Part shown: positions 37,006-46,129 of the stretch, piece by piece | Layout: each line of letters begins with the position of its first letter | Position numbering within the stretch: position 1 is the first letter of the stretch | Virus record (IMG/VR): IMGVR_UViG_3300036715_002161 | Location: 64,001 to 128,000 of that record | From: a virus | Reading direction: 5' to 3' (one strand) | DNA: 64,000 nt | Made by a program: the position numbers and the translations under genes | Notes under the pieces: model-generated | Told to the model about the DNA's origin: nothing | Databases searched by the model: none | The model's input: the letters and a program-made list of their open reading frames with translations, nothing else

Positions 37006-37805
37006 TTAGTATAAACCTTAACGTTGGGGTTACAAAATACAGTATCATTGACCATCTTAAATATAAATATATCTTTGTAATACAAGAGTAAGTCAAAAAA
37101 TCCTTTAGAAAAGATACCATGTGTTACATACAGGAAAAGATGTACGGTACTACCAGTCTGTCTTATGGCCTTGGCCAACTCTATAAATGTCTTGCCACCG
37201 TCACATATGTCGTCGACAACTAATATTGACCGATATTTATAGGCCTCCAACTCTTTATTGTTTACCTCTATACCGACAATATCCCCATTGTCTGCATCTC
37301 TGATCTTGGTGGCGGCAGTAAACGGTAAGTTAAGGGACATGGCCAGTGTTCTAGTTTTTTCTAAAGCTCCATGGTCTGGGGCCATCAGTATTGACTTATC
37401 TAACACTGGCCGTGGGATTGCCACTAAGGCAGCAATAAATTGGGGGATTACGGAGCTACGTTCTAAAAGACCTGAGACTTCACTATGAGGGTCTACAAGG
37501 CTGACATGGTAAAACTTGGCAGCATTTATAAGGTCACAGAAAACTTTTAGAGAAAATGCTTCTCCAGGATAACATGCACGGTCTTGTCTACCATAGGGTA
37601 AATATTCCAGACTAAGGCTTACCTCTATTACTCCTGCCCGATCCAGGGCGTCTTTGACCAGTAATAGGGTCATTAAGTCATCAGAGGACCGGATGTCATA
37701 ATCCAGACAGATTTTCTCAGGTAAGGACTCAACCAGTCGTATCTGGATTTCCCCGGCTGAGAATTTAATAGGATAGCCAGGAGCCATCAGTTCAGATATT
37801 TTCAT
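37002..37805 (-). CDS. prs: ribose-phosphate pyrophosphokinase-like protein (Adps candidate)
   Basis: FSAGE, YLPYGRQDR, DPHS, APDHGA, VVDDICDGGKTF, VTHGIFS. Confidence 0.9.
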   Translation of the reverse strand: MKISELMAPGYPIKFSAGEIQIRLVESLPEKICLDYDIRSSDDLMTLLLVKDALDRAGVIEVSLSLEYLPYGRQDRACYPGEAFSLKVFCDLINAAKFYHVSLVDPHSEVSGLLERSSVIPQFIAALVAIPRPVLDKSILMAPDHGALEKTRTLAMSLNLPFTAATKIRDADNGDIVGIEVNNKELEAYKYRSILVVDDICDGGKTFIELAKAIRQTGSTVHLFLYVTHGIFSKGFFDLLLYYKDIFIFKMVNDTVFCNPNVKVYTK

Positions 37806-38209
37806 TTAAATTCCCCATTTATAATCTCCGAGTCTGACGAGTTTAAACCGCTGCTACAATTTACTGCGACTACTTCAGAGGTACTCTTTAGACTGAATCG
37901 GACAAGTCGGGTCTCCAAGGCATCACAGCCGAACAAATGTTCATATTCGGCAGATGCATGGAGCCACCATCTAAGAGCTTGGGCAGCCGAATACCCCAGG
38001 AGTCCGGCATTGGAAAGTTCTTGGTCATACGGACTATGACTTGGAATTCCAGAAGGATTTTCTTGAAACTTGACCTCGACCCAGTTATTGTCGAAAGTCT
38101 GACCTGAAACGGTCAAAGGTCTACTAGATACTCTGGCCTCTACTGAATACCCGGTCTTTCGACTAGATCCAGTACTTCTGTTCATTCTGTAACCTTGCTC
38201 AAGTTCCAT
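37802..38209 (-). CDS. hypothetical protein
   Basis: 135 aa with AGGAG RBS; coupled to prs. Confidence 0.65.
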   Translation of the reverse strand: MELEQGYRMNRSTGSSRKTGYSVEARVSSRPLTVSGQTFDNNWVEVKFQENPSGIPSHSPYDQELSNAGLLGYSAAQALRWWLHASAEYEHLFGCDALETRLVRFSLKSTSEVVAVNCSSGLNSSDSEIINGEFK

Positions 38210-38226
38210 TTAATTCTCCTTTGAAA

Positions 38227-38462
38227 TAAAAAAAGTTCAATCCACACCTGACTGGGATAGCGAATCCCAATCAGGTACAGGTTGAAGACTGCTCTTGTGA
38301 AACAATCAACAGCTTTCTGAATACCGGCAGGTCACCACCAGGCTCCAGACGTCCAGTTTCAACAGCTTGACTAAGGCTGTTACGTTATGTCAGGGCGTCT
38401 GTAACACCCCTATCAATACCCTATGCTTATAACTGGAAAGTTCAGCAAAAGTATTAATTCTC
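38227..38462 (-). ncRNA. candidate ~240-nt structured RNA / attenuator leader
   Basis: Promoter upstream; nested pairings CTGAA/TTCAG and CCAGTT/AACTGG; internal hairpins; long terminal stem plus T7. Confidence 0.55.
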
Positions 38463-38469
38463 TATTGTT

Positions 38470-38499
38470 CTTATACCAAATTCTTAGGAACTTATCTAA
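38470..38499 (-). promoter_or_regulatory. class-A promoter
   Basis: TTAGAT-18-TATAAG with TGG. Confidence 0.75.
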
Positions 38500-38533
38500 T
38501 TCAACCTAGACTTGGAGACAAAGGTTCTGCCTA

Positions 38534-39157
38534 TTATTTCCTATGTCTAAACGATTGTCTTAGGTCAAAGCCATACTGATTAATTTTGTCCCGGTCACCT
38601 ATTTCTACCAGAGTAGGTTCCGGTGGAGACATAAAACAGGCCAGGTCTTGATAAAGTTGTTCTGGTGGATATTGGGCGGCAAAGCCTACTATGTTCTTAA
38701 GGATGGGGATTTCGGCGTCAATTACCACATAGTCTTTATACGGAGTCAATCCTTTGATTATAAAAACTGGGGTTCCCATTCTATGGGAAAGGTCTACCAG
38801 GTTTTGATCCATGAAGCCTGTATAGTAATCTAATTGCTTCTTGTTAACACTACGTGGATTATAGAGCAGAATTTTAGCTATTTCCGTGTGTCTTACCGGG
38901 TTGAAGAGGCTCCAGGTATAATCGGGATCCATCACTATTAGGTAGTATTTACCAACTACACATAAATATCTACATTGGTAGTCTCTGGTCGGAAATAGGT
39001 TTCGATCTGTCTCATAGTTAATTGTTATACTTCCAGAGATCCCTTCTGCTGACAAGGGAACAAGCCTATTACGAGAGTAGATTACTTTGGGATCACCACC
39101 ACCATATAGGTGAGGTACATGGTCATAATAGTCTTTGAACTTGGATTGAATTATCAT
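38534..39157 (-). CDS. hypothetical phage protein
   Basis: 207 aa; IQSKFKDYYD N-terminus, GFD..QSFR C-terminus. Confidence 0.7.
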   Translation of the reverse strand: MIIQSKFKDYYDHVPHLYGGGDPKVIYSRNRLVPLSAEGISGSITINYETDRNLFPTRDYQCRYLCVVGKYYLIVMDPDYTWSLFNPVRHTEIAKILLYNPRSVNKKQLDYYTGFMDQNLVDLSHRMGTPVFIIKGLTPYKDYVVIDAEIPILKNIVGFAAQYPPEQLYQDLACFMSPPEPTLVEIGDRDKINQYGFDLRQSFRHRK

Positions 39158-39228
39158 AGATTAGAAATGTTCCAATGTTTCATTCTATTTTCTCCTTGGG
39201 TATGGTAAAGTCAGGTAACGTAGTTCAC

Positions 39229-39579
39229 TTACTCTTCCCACTCAATACTAATACAGGCAATAAGACCTGGCCAACGATTACATGAAGCTCGTGCTTCTTC
39301 TTCGGTTTTATAAATAGACCTACCTGCCACTTCATCTTTATATATATTGATCCAGCCTTCCTTCTTAACTGGAGCCATGAATAGATCCATGAGAGGGTGG
39401 GGACTTTCGTTTGAGATACGTCCAGTCACTGTGAAAGTGATGATCTGCCCAAGTATTACTGCACAAACCTTGTGGCTCCCATCTACTGAGGGGAAGTATG
39501 CAATATCAGTCACCAGTTTTTTATCGCCAGTCATTACTTTTGCACCGGCAAGTGCTTCTTCTAAAACAAATGGTTTCAT
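39229..39579 (-). CDS. KPF-family paralogue 1
   Basis: One of six ~115-aa paralogues sharing MKPFxLExALAxAKV, DLFMAPV..EGWINI and a WE(E/I) end. Confidence 0.85.
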   Translation of the reverse strand: MKPFVLEEALAGAKVMTGDKKLVTDIAYFPSVDGSHKVCAVILGQIITFTVTGRISNESPHPLMDLFMAPVKKEGWINIYKDEVAGRSIYKTEEEARASCNRWPGLIACISIEWEE

Positions 39580-39755
39580 TTCAATATCCTTCTACTATTA
39601 TTAAATGGGTTTGGAACTACGCGGCTAATTAGGTCAGCAACTGAATGCCACCCAGCCTGTGCTTCCGCGAACTGCTCCGCAGCTTCCCATGCGTTGTCGG
39701 CCTGCAATAAATCAAATGTTTCCAAATTATCTAGTTCCATTGCTTGATTGCTCAT
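39576..39755 (-). CDS. small acidic hypothetical protein (59 aa)
   Basis: Below the track cut-off; MSNQAMELDNLETFDLLQADNAWEAAEQFAEAQAGW...; ATGA-coupled to paralogue 1. Confidence 0.5.
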   Translation of the reverse strand: MSNQAMELDNLETFDLLQADNAWEAAEQFAEAQAGWHSVADLISRVVPNPFNNSRRILK

Positions 39756-39765
39756 TTCAATCCCG

Positions 39766-40110
39766 CTAGATTTCCCACTTAATACGAATACAGTCGATAG
39801 GACCTAGGCCACCTGAAGCTCGTGCTTCTCCTTCGGTTTTATATATAAACTGCCCAGTCATTCTACCAATATGGATATTGATCCAACCTTCTTTCTTAAC
39901 TGGAGCCATGAATAGATCCAGGAGAGGGTTGGGACTATATTTTGAGATACGTCCAGTCTCTGTGAAATAACGGATTCCCCCGTCTATTACTGCACCAACC
40001 TTGTAGGGACTGTTTACTGAAGGTAAATACGCAATATCAGTTGCCGGTTTTCCAAGGCCGGTTATTACTTTTGCACCGGCCAAGGCTGCTTCTAAATTAA
40101 AAGGTTTCAT
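39766..40110 (-). CDS. KPF-family paralogue 2
   Basis: Shares the conserved blocks. Confidence 0.85.
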   Translation of the reverse strand: MKPFNLEAALAGAKVITGLGKPATDIAYLPSVNSPYKVGAVIDGGIRYFTETGRISKYSPNPLLDLFMAPVKKEGWINIHIGRMTGQFIYKTEGEARASGGLGPIDCIRIKWEI

Positions 40111-40122
40111 TATATTTTCTCC

Positions 40123-40473
40123 CTACTCTTCACACTCTTCCCACTCAATACGAACACAGGCAATCCGACCTGAGCTGGAAGCTTGTGCTTCTTCTTCGGT
40201 TTTATGTACACAATACCCAAGCTTCCTACTCTTATAGATATTGATCCAGCCTTCACTCTTAACTGGAGCCATAAATAGATCACAGATAAAGTCGTGTTTT
40301 TTGTCGCGGAAATGTCCATCCACTGTGAAAAAGCGGACTCCTCCATTTATTACTGCACCAACCTTGTAGACGCTATTTTCTGATGGGAAATACGCAATAT
40401 CAGTTGCCGGTTCTCCACAGCCGGTTATTACTTTTGCACCGGCCAGAGCTTCTTCTAAATTAAAAGGTTTCAT
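40123..40473 (-). CDS. KPF-family paralogue 3
   Basis: Shares the conserved blocks. Confidence 0.85.
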   Translation of the reverse strand: MKPFNLEEALAGAKVITGCGEPATDIAYFPSENSVYKVGAVINGGVRFFTVDGHFRDKKHDFICDLFMAPVKSEGWINIYKSRKLGYCVHKTEEEAQASSSGRIACVRIEWEECEE

Positions 40474-40583
40474 TCTGTTTCCTATTGAAAGTTTCTACTT
40501 GACCGGTTAAAGAATTGTTTGACCAGGCCGCGATATACTATATTCCCTTTTGAAGTTAATACTGTTGCGCCTAGTCTTTATAC

Positions 40584-40659
40584 TGGTGGGACCGCCCAGG
40601 GATGATCTGGGATAATACAAATTATGAGTTTGCTGCATTACCAGTTATGCTACAGTCCC
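40584..40659 (-). tRNA. tRNA with CAT anticodon (Met or Ile2), non-canonical T-loop
   Basis: GGGACTG/CGGTCCC acceptor, GCAT D-stem, GCAAA-CTCATAA-TTTGT anticodon arm, CCCAG-ATCATCC-CTGGG T-arm, encoded CCA. Confidence 0.75.
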
Positions 40660-40661
40660 TT

Positions 40662-40738
40662 TGGTCCGACAGACAGGATTTGAACCTGTAACCTACGGAT
40701 TAGAAATCCGTTGCGCTATCCGGTTGTGCTACTGTCGG
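40662..40738 (-). tRNA. tRNA-Arg(TCT)
   Basis: CCGACAG acceptor, ACGGA-TTTCTAA-TCCGT, GGTTCAAATCC T-arm, encoded CCA. Confidence 0.95.
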
Positions 40739-40763
40739 TATAATAATATTTCCTTCTATGTTT

Positions 40764-40793
40764 CTTATACCAAGTTTACCTCTCAGTATCTAA
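40764..40793 (-). promoter_or_regulatory. class-A promoter (tRNA cluster)
   Basis: TTAGAT-18-TATAAG with TGG. Confidence 0.75.
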
Positions 40794-41138
40794 TTCGGTA
40801 ACCAGACTCTTTAGGTCGTAAAAAACCTTGGCCCCATTAGCCATTACCAGGTTGGCCACGGCCTGTAGTGACCTGTCCAGTAGAGGCCCAAATCTCAAAA
40901 ACACCAAATTGGGTCTTTTATTACTATCATCTACTTCGGCCACAGAATATACTCCGGTCATTTCTGTAGTTAAGACGTATAGACAGATGTCACATTCCCG
41001 CCTCTGTCTAATTTCTTCGGCCTGGCACTCCGGAGTCCAGTCTGGGACCAACGGATTAAAGTAATCGCATTTGAGCATAGGAATAAGCTCGTCTCTCCAA
41101 TTGGAGCCAGCACAGGTACCACCTAGGAATATTTTCAT
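40776..41138 (-). CDS. nucleoside 2-deoxyribosyltransferase-like protein
   Basis: IFLGGTC..SNWRD...FNP...W...E...S.AE. Confidence 0.7.
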   Translation of the reverse strand: MKIFLGGTCAGSNWRDELIPMLKCDYFNPLVPDWTPECQAEEIRQRRECDICLYVLTTEMTGVYSVAEVDDSNKRPNLVFLRFGPLLDRSLQAVANLVMANGAKVFYDLKSLVTELDTER

Positions 41139-41377
41139 AGGCCAATCGGTCTCTTGTCCAAACCTGGAACGGCTAGTAGTTCAGCCAAGTCATCGACGTG
41201 CAGGCAGTCACACAGACAGGCATAGTCGTTTGCCGCCTGGATTACGGCAATATTACCATTGCAATAGCTACTACCTGGGGTGGCACTATGAAGTACTCCG
41301 AAGGAGACTACCTTGCCTCCGTCCAGTTTTACAATTTTGTCACCATTTTGGGCCTCACGGCCATTTCTGTAATGCAT
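41135..41377 (-). CDS. hypothetical protein
   Basis: 80 aa, MHYRNGREAQNGD, Cys-rich. Confidence 0.65.
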   Translation of the reverse strand: MHYRNGREAQNGDKIVKLDGGKVVSFGVLHSATPGSSYCNGNIAVIQAANDYACLCDCLHVDDLAELLAVPGLDKRPIGL

Positions 41378-41654
41378 ATTAGATTCCTTTCATTGGCCTA
41401 TTCAGCCCTTAAACCCTGCTCAGTTTGACACATCAATCTTTCCTGGTCCTCCCAGGTTACTAATATAATACCACTATTGAATTTAAAAAGTCTATATTTA
41501 AATTTTTCATATCTTACTCTGAAAGAAGTATTTAAAGTCCATAGTGGATTAGAAGTTTCTTGCCAGCCAAAAACTCTACCCAGCTGCCTTTAAACTAGGC
41601 CTTGGCAACTTCAAGAGGGCATTGTGGGATTTCCGGCACTTAATTTCATTCTGT

Positions 41655-41999
41655 TTACTCCTCCCACTCAATACGAACACAGGCGATAATATTTGAGCCA
41701 GCTGAAGCTTGTGCTTCTTTTTCGGTTTTATATATATTCCCCATTGACTTTCCACCCTTATAGATATTGATCCAGCCTTCACTCTTAACGGGAGCCATGA
41801 ATAGATCCAGGAAAGCGTTGGGACATTCCTTAGATAGACATCCAGCCACTGTGAAGTAAGAGGTTTCTCCGTTTATTATTGCATAAACCTTGTAGGGACT
41901 GTTTACTGAAGGTAAATACGCAATATCAGTTACCGGTTTTTTCTCGCCAGTCATTACTTTTGCACAGGCCAAGGCTGCTTCTAAATTAAATGGTTTCAT
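41655..41999 (-). CDS. KPF-family paralogue 4
   Basis: Shares the conserved blocks. Confidence 0.85.
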   Translation of the reverse strand: MKPFNLEAALACAKVMTGEKKPVTDIAYLPSVNSPYKVYAIINGETSYFTVAGCLSKECPNAFLDLFMAPVKSEGWINIYKGGKSMGNIYKTEKEAQASAGSNIIACVRIEWEE

Positions 42000-42011
42000 T
42001 ATATTTTCTCC

Positions 42012-42359
42012 TTACTCCTCCCACTCAATACGAACACAGTCTATCGGACCTGTCCAACCTGAAGCTAGTATTGCATCTTCTTTGGTTTTATAAATACACT
42101 CTCCTGGCTTTTCATCTTTATAGATATTGATCCAGCCTTCCTTTATAACTGGAGCCATGAATAGATCCATGAGAAGGTTGGGGTTTTCGTCTGAGATACG
42201 TCCAGTCACTGTGAAAGTGGCGATATGCCCGTATATTACTGTGTAAACCTTGTGGCTCCCACTTATCGAGGGGAAGTATGCAATATCAGTCACCGGTTTT
42301 TTACTGCCGGTTATTACTTTTGCACCGGCCAAGGCTGCTTCTAAATTAAAAGGCTTCAT
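42012..42359 (-). CDS. KPF-family paralogue 5
   Basis: Shares the conserved blocks. Confidence 0.85.
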   Translation of the reverse strand: MKPFNLEAALAGAKVITGSKKPVTDIAYFPSISGSHKVYTVIYGHIATFTVTGRISDENPNLLMDLFMAPVIKEGWINIYKDEKPGECIYKTKEDAILASGWTGPIDCVRIEWEE

Positions 42360-42371
42360 TATATTTTCTCC

Positions 42372-42719
42372 TTACTCTTCCCACTCAATATGAACACAGG
42401 CAATAAGATTTGAGCTGGATGAAGCTCGTGCTTCTTCTTCGGTTTTATATAAACAATGCCCAATCCTCCCACCTTTATAGATATTGATCCAGCCTTCACT
42501 CATAACTGGAGCCATAAATAGATCACGGGTAAAGTCGTTGTTTCCGCTGTGGAATAAATATCCAGCCTCTGTGTACTGAGAGACTTCCATATCTATTACT
42601 GCATAAACCCTGTATCTACAGTTCGATGATGGTAAATACGCAATATCAGTTACCGGTTTTCCAAGGCCGTTCATTACTTTTGCACCGGCAAGTGCTGCTT
42701 CTAAATTAAATGGTTTCAT
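42372..42719 (-). CDS. KPF-family paralogue 6
   Basis: Shares the conserved blocks. Confidence 0.85.
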   Translation of the reverse strand: MKPFNLEAALAGAKVMNGLGKPVTDIAYLPSSNCRYRVYAVIDMEVSQYTEAGYLFHSGNNDFTRDLFMAPVMSEGWINIYKGGRIGHCLYKTEEEARASSSSNLIACVHIEWEE

Positions 42720-42752
42720 TCTGTTTCCTATCGAAAGTTTCTACTTGCATAG

Positions 42753-45551
42753 TCATCCTTTTAAATCAAACAAAACAGCCTCAATTTCAGGCTGGGTAAC
42801 ACCTCTATGTACTGACTTTAATTTCCCCCAGTTAAATCCAATTTCGGCATCGCTACCAATAGGTAGGTCAAGCCAATCAAAGGTTTCAACCAACAGATCA
42901 TCCATGCATTGGAATATAAGTTCAATTGCTTCGGCTACTCTTGGGATTGGTACTTCTAACTCAAGTGAGTCATATACCGTAGATGTAGCCATACCTCCCA
43001 AGGATTTAACTGCTTCACTGGCCCTGCCGAAAGCAAACAAGCCAGCACTACTGGTTGGACTTTGAATAAGAACATTCTGTGAATTTCGTAAGCCTCCTTT
43101 GTATACTGCCGTTCTACGAAATGGTGGCAGGGTGCCAAACTGCATTTTCCTAAATCCAAATACCGTTACCACAAAATGATTAAACTCGGCCATCTTATGG
43201 GCATTACTGATAAATACCTCAATACCTGGGTATGTCACAAAGTACAAGGCAATCAAACGCTCTGCCTCTGACAGTGGAATATCTAGGTTATGAGCAATGC
43301 CGTTTGCGGTTGAGCCGTAGATAATACCGAACGTCAAGGCTTTTGCCACCTGTCTTTTATTCTTATAATCTGAATACAGAGGGTTACGATCATCCTTAAG
43401 CACTACCACAAACTCTTCATACGGTATACCAAACATTTGACCTGCTGAAAAGCTATGAAAGTCCATTCCCTTTCTAATGGCTTCTAATAATAATGGATCT
43501 TTGCTCAATGCCCCTAGAACTTTAACCTCGGCAGAACTGAAGTCAAAAGTTACAAAGGCATTACCCTGTTCTACACAATAACACTCTCGTATGTTATACC
43601 CATGTTTTGCCCTGGGAATCTGGGTCAAATTAGGATCCTCACCGCTTATACGAAATGAACTGGTACCGTGCAAATTATAAGACGGGTGAATACGACCATC
43701 TCTTTTTACAAAGTTTAAGTAGTCTTTGATAAAAGTCCTCCAGGTGGAGGCAATGTCATTGCGCTTGGCCAACTGCCGGAGCCATTCCTCTTGGGTAAGA
43801 CTATACAATGCTCTGATGGCATCACCATCCGTAGAGGGGTCACCCATCTTAGTAAACTTCTGAGGGGTAAACCCTTTGACCTCATACAGGAATTTGGCCA
43901 ATTCTGTCCCAGAATCCAGATTGACATCGCCAGTAACTAGTTTGATTTCTCTTTCCAGGCTGTCCATGTCAGCCCTCATCCTACGATCCATGTCACGGTT
44001 CAAGGCCTTATCATACTTGATCCCATTTATCTCCAGGTCAGTAATGAAGTCAAAGGCTGGACCTGTATACTTTTCATATGTCTCCATTATACTGGGAGCC
44101 AATACCTCTCTTTTTTTAGACTCTGGACCATAAAACTCCGTATACTTTGGAGTAGTATATAGCCTGGTCCCAAAACTAGCGGCAAGCTGGCTTGTGGCCA
44201 AACAGTCGATGCCAGCATACAGTAAAAGGTCTTCCACAGGGAAATCCTCATAAGTCCTATATACCGGCTTACTTGGACTTAGCAGGCTGTCTTCTTCTTC
44301 CTCTCCTTCTTCTTCCAGATCTTTGGCCTTAGTCAGGTCTGGTAATTTGTCCTCATATCCCCCAAGCTCAGTCTCGGGGATCCAATCTACTACGGCCTGT
44401 TTTAGACCATACATTCCCTGTAGACCAGAGTTGATCATATGAAGAATCAGCATAGTATCGAATACTATATTTCGTATCTTTACACCAGTTGTATGCCAAG
44501 TATAAAGATAATCAAACTTCATATTATGACCTACCTTACCTATCGCTGGGTCAGTCAGAATTTCAGCCACTCCAGGCCAGATTAGGTCGGGGTCATACCA
44601 AGTATTTTCCCTATGCCATAAAGGAAAGACCACGGCCTTATAAATACCGTTTTCTTTATACCCAAACTGGGCGGTCAAGAGTTTGGCCTCAGAGTCCATA
44701 GGGTCAAGTCCTGTGGTTTCAGTATCATAGCTGAGTAATACATTGTTCCTACCAAGGGCCAATACGTGGGCTATTGCCTCCTGGGCTTCAACTTCAGTTC
44801 TGGGTATCCAGATATTTTCACCAGCTCTGGCCAAAGCTGAGTCCAGGTCAGGAACTCCAAGCTCTCCTTGTATAATTCTACGAACTTTGTTTAGATCGCG
44901 TAGGATAACGCTGTAGAAGTCAGGGCCCCAAAAAGCTCCGGTGGAGTTCTGTCTCAACATCATCAGTATTCTCGGGTGAAGAGTCAGTACAACTGGAATA
45001 TCTTTATATGTAAATATATCACCAAGATTATTCTTATTAGACTTCTTAAGACCCAGGGCTTTGGTAACCCCCGTGGTCAGACTTACAATAACCTTAGGCT
45101 TAAGCCGATCTATCTCGCTGAAGAGATAAGGTCTACACTTACGCATAGTAACTTCACTAGGAGCCTTGCCTTTTACCAGGTCAGCTGCATCTAGACTACA
45201 CTTTAGCAGGCTGGTTACCTTATAAGTAATGCCTGAATCAGTAAAGGCGGCCTTGGCCAGGTATTCGATAACTCCAAGGTTTATCTTCTCTATGGCATAA
45301 CCAGGCCTTTTGAACTTAGGATCGTCCAAGGCCTTATAATCTTGAATTATGAGAACATCCAGAGGTTTTTCTGGGTTTACTTTTAATAGGTAAAAAGAGG
45401 ATGGAGCTTTTTGTTTAAGGGTACAAACTTTGTCACACCATTGTGGTGATATTGTATCAAAGTTCTCTTTTGGGATAATTGCATCTTCTACGGCTTTTGT
45501 AGTCTTTCTGGAGTATAGTTCTTCCAAGGAAAGAGTAGTTAATTTCGCCAT
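42753..45551 (-). CDS. polA: family A DNA polymerase with N-terminal uracil-DNA-glycosylase-like domain and 3'-5' exonuclease
   Basis: CRPYL..EI..LKPKVIV and TLHP (UDG-like); YDTETTGL, GHNMKFD, YAGID (Exo I-III); DFSSAE, RQVAKALTFGIIYG, TVYDS (motifs A-C). Confidence 0.9.
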   Translation of the reverse strand: MAKLTTLSLEELYSRKTTKAVEDAIIPKENFDTISPQWCDKVCTLKQKAPSSFYLLKVNPEKPLDVLIIQDYKALDDPKFKRPGYAIEKINLGVIEYLAKAAFTDSGITYKVTSLLKCSLDAADLVKGKAPSEVTMRKCRPYLFSEIDRLKPKVIVSLTTGVTKALGLKKSNKNNLGDIFTYKDIPVVLTLHPRILMMLRQNSTGAFWGPDFYSVILRDLNKVRRIIQGELGVPDLDSALARAGENIWIPRTEVEAQEAIAHVLALGRNNVLLSYDTETTGLDPMDSEAKLLTAQFGYKENGIYKAVVFPLWHRENTWYDPDLIWPGVAEILTDPAIGKVGHNMKFDYLYTWHTTGVKIRNIVFDTMLILHMINSGLQGMYGLKQAVVDWIPETELGGYEDKLPDLTKAKDLEEEGEEEEDSLLSPSKPVYRTYEDFPVEDLLLYAGIDCLATSQLAASFGTRLYTTPKYTEFYGPESKKREVLAPSIMETYEKYTGPAFDFITDLEINGIKYDKALNRDMDRRMRADMDSLEREIKLVTGDVNLDSGTELAKFLYEVKGFTPQKFTKMGDPSTDGDAIRALYSLTQEEWLRQLAKRNDIASTWRTFIKDYLNFVKRDGRIHPSYNLHGTSSFRISGEDPNLTQIPRAKHGYNIRECYCVEQGNAFVTFDFSSAEVKVLGALSKDPLLLEAIRKGMDFHSFSAGQMFGIPYEEFVVVLKDDRNPLYSDYKNKRQVAKALTFGIIYGSTANGIAHNLDIPLSEAERLIALYFVTYPGIEVFISNAHKMAEFNHFVVTVFGFRKMQFGTLPPFRRTAVYKGGLRNSQNVLIQSPTSSAGLFAFGRASEAVKSLGGMATSTVYDSLELEVPIPRVAEAIELIFQCMDDLLVETFDWLDLPIGSDAEIGFNWGKLKSVHRGVTQPEIEAVLFDLKG

Positions 45552-45581
45552 TATATTTCCTACTTGGGTTGATCGGAGGTG

Positions 45582-45827
45582 TTACTCTTTCTTATACCAC
45601 GAATTTCCTATTATTCCATTTCTGGCCTTGAAAATTGTCAAGGCTAATATTTCCTCTGACAATTTAAAAAAAGACTCATTTAACCTCTGGTAGGCTGCCC
45701 TATGTTTGGGCGAGCCTGGAACCAGTTGTTGTAAGTCTTCTTTTAAAATTTCGAGAGAAAGACGGGACAGTTTCTGCTGAGTATGAACCTCGGCCACTAC
45801 TGATAAAACTGGGTCTTCCTGATCCAA
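45582..45827 (-). CDS. hypothetical protein
   Basis: 81-aa ORF in operon. Confidence 0.45.
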   Translation of the reverse strand: MDQEDPVLSVVAEVHTQQKLSRLSLEILKEDLQQLVPGSPKHRAAYQRLNESFFKLSEEILALTIFKARNGIIGNSWYKKE

Positions 45828-45828
45828 A

Positions 45829-46113
45829 TCAGCGTCCCGGAATAATGGTCAAGGATACTTTTACAGGCTTGAAAATAGACCCGGCAAAATAGCGAGCCAC
45901 GTTTCGACTAGTACATACGAAGTTGTCTAAACGGTTGGAACTTTTATGTACCAAACCCCAACGATTACTTTTGGCATTATGTACTAATACTTCAACCTCT
46001 ACTTTACGAATTACTCCTGTTTTATTGTCTCGGGCATCTTGTCTAGTGCCATATAGAGGAATCTTTGAATTTTTCAACTGGTCTTCACACACCCACATTT
46101 GTTTTGTAATCAT
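45829..46113 (-). CDS. hypothetical protein
   Basis: 94-aa ORF with RBS. Confidence 0.6.
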   Translation of the reverse strand: MITKQMWVCEDQLKNSKIPLYGTRQDARDNKTGVIRKVEVEVLVHNAKSNRWGLVHKSSNRLDNFVCTSRNVARYFAGSIFKPVKVSLTIIPGR

Positions 46114-46129
46114 TTTATTTCCTTTTAAG

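Noticed and set aside
39229-42719. Diversity-generating retroelement as the source of paralogue variation
   Set aside because: No reverse transcriptase or template repeat in the window; differences include C/T changes and indels and are not confined to one adenine-mutagenised region (an RT elsewhere in the genome cannot be excluded)
45591-45599. Eighth TGGTATAAG copy upstream of polA
   Set aside because: No TTAGAT-like -35 at 17-18 nt; could be a weak extended -10 promoter but was not counted
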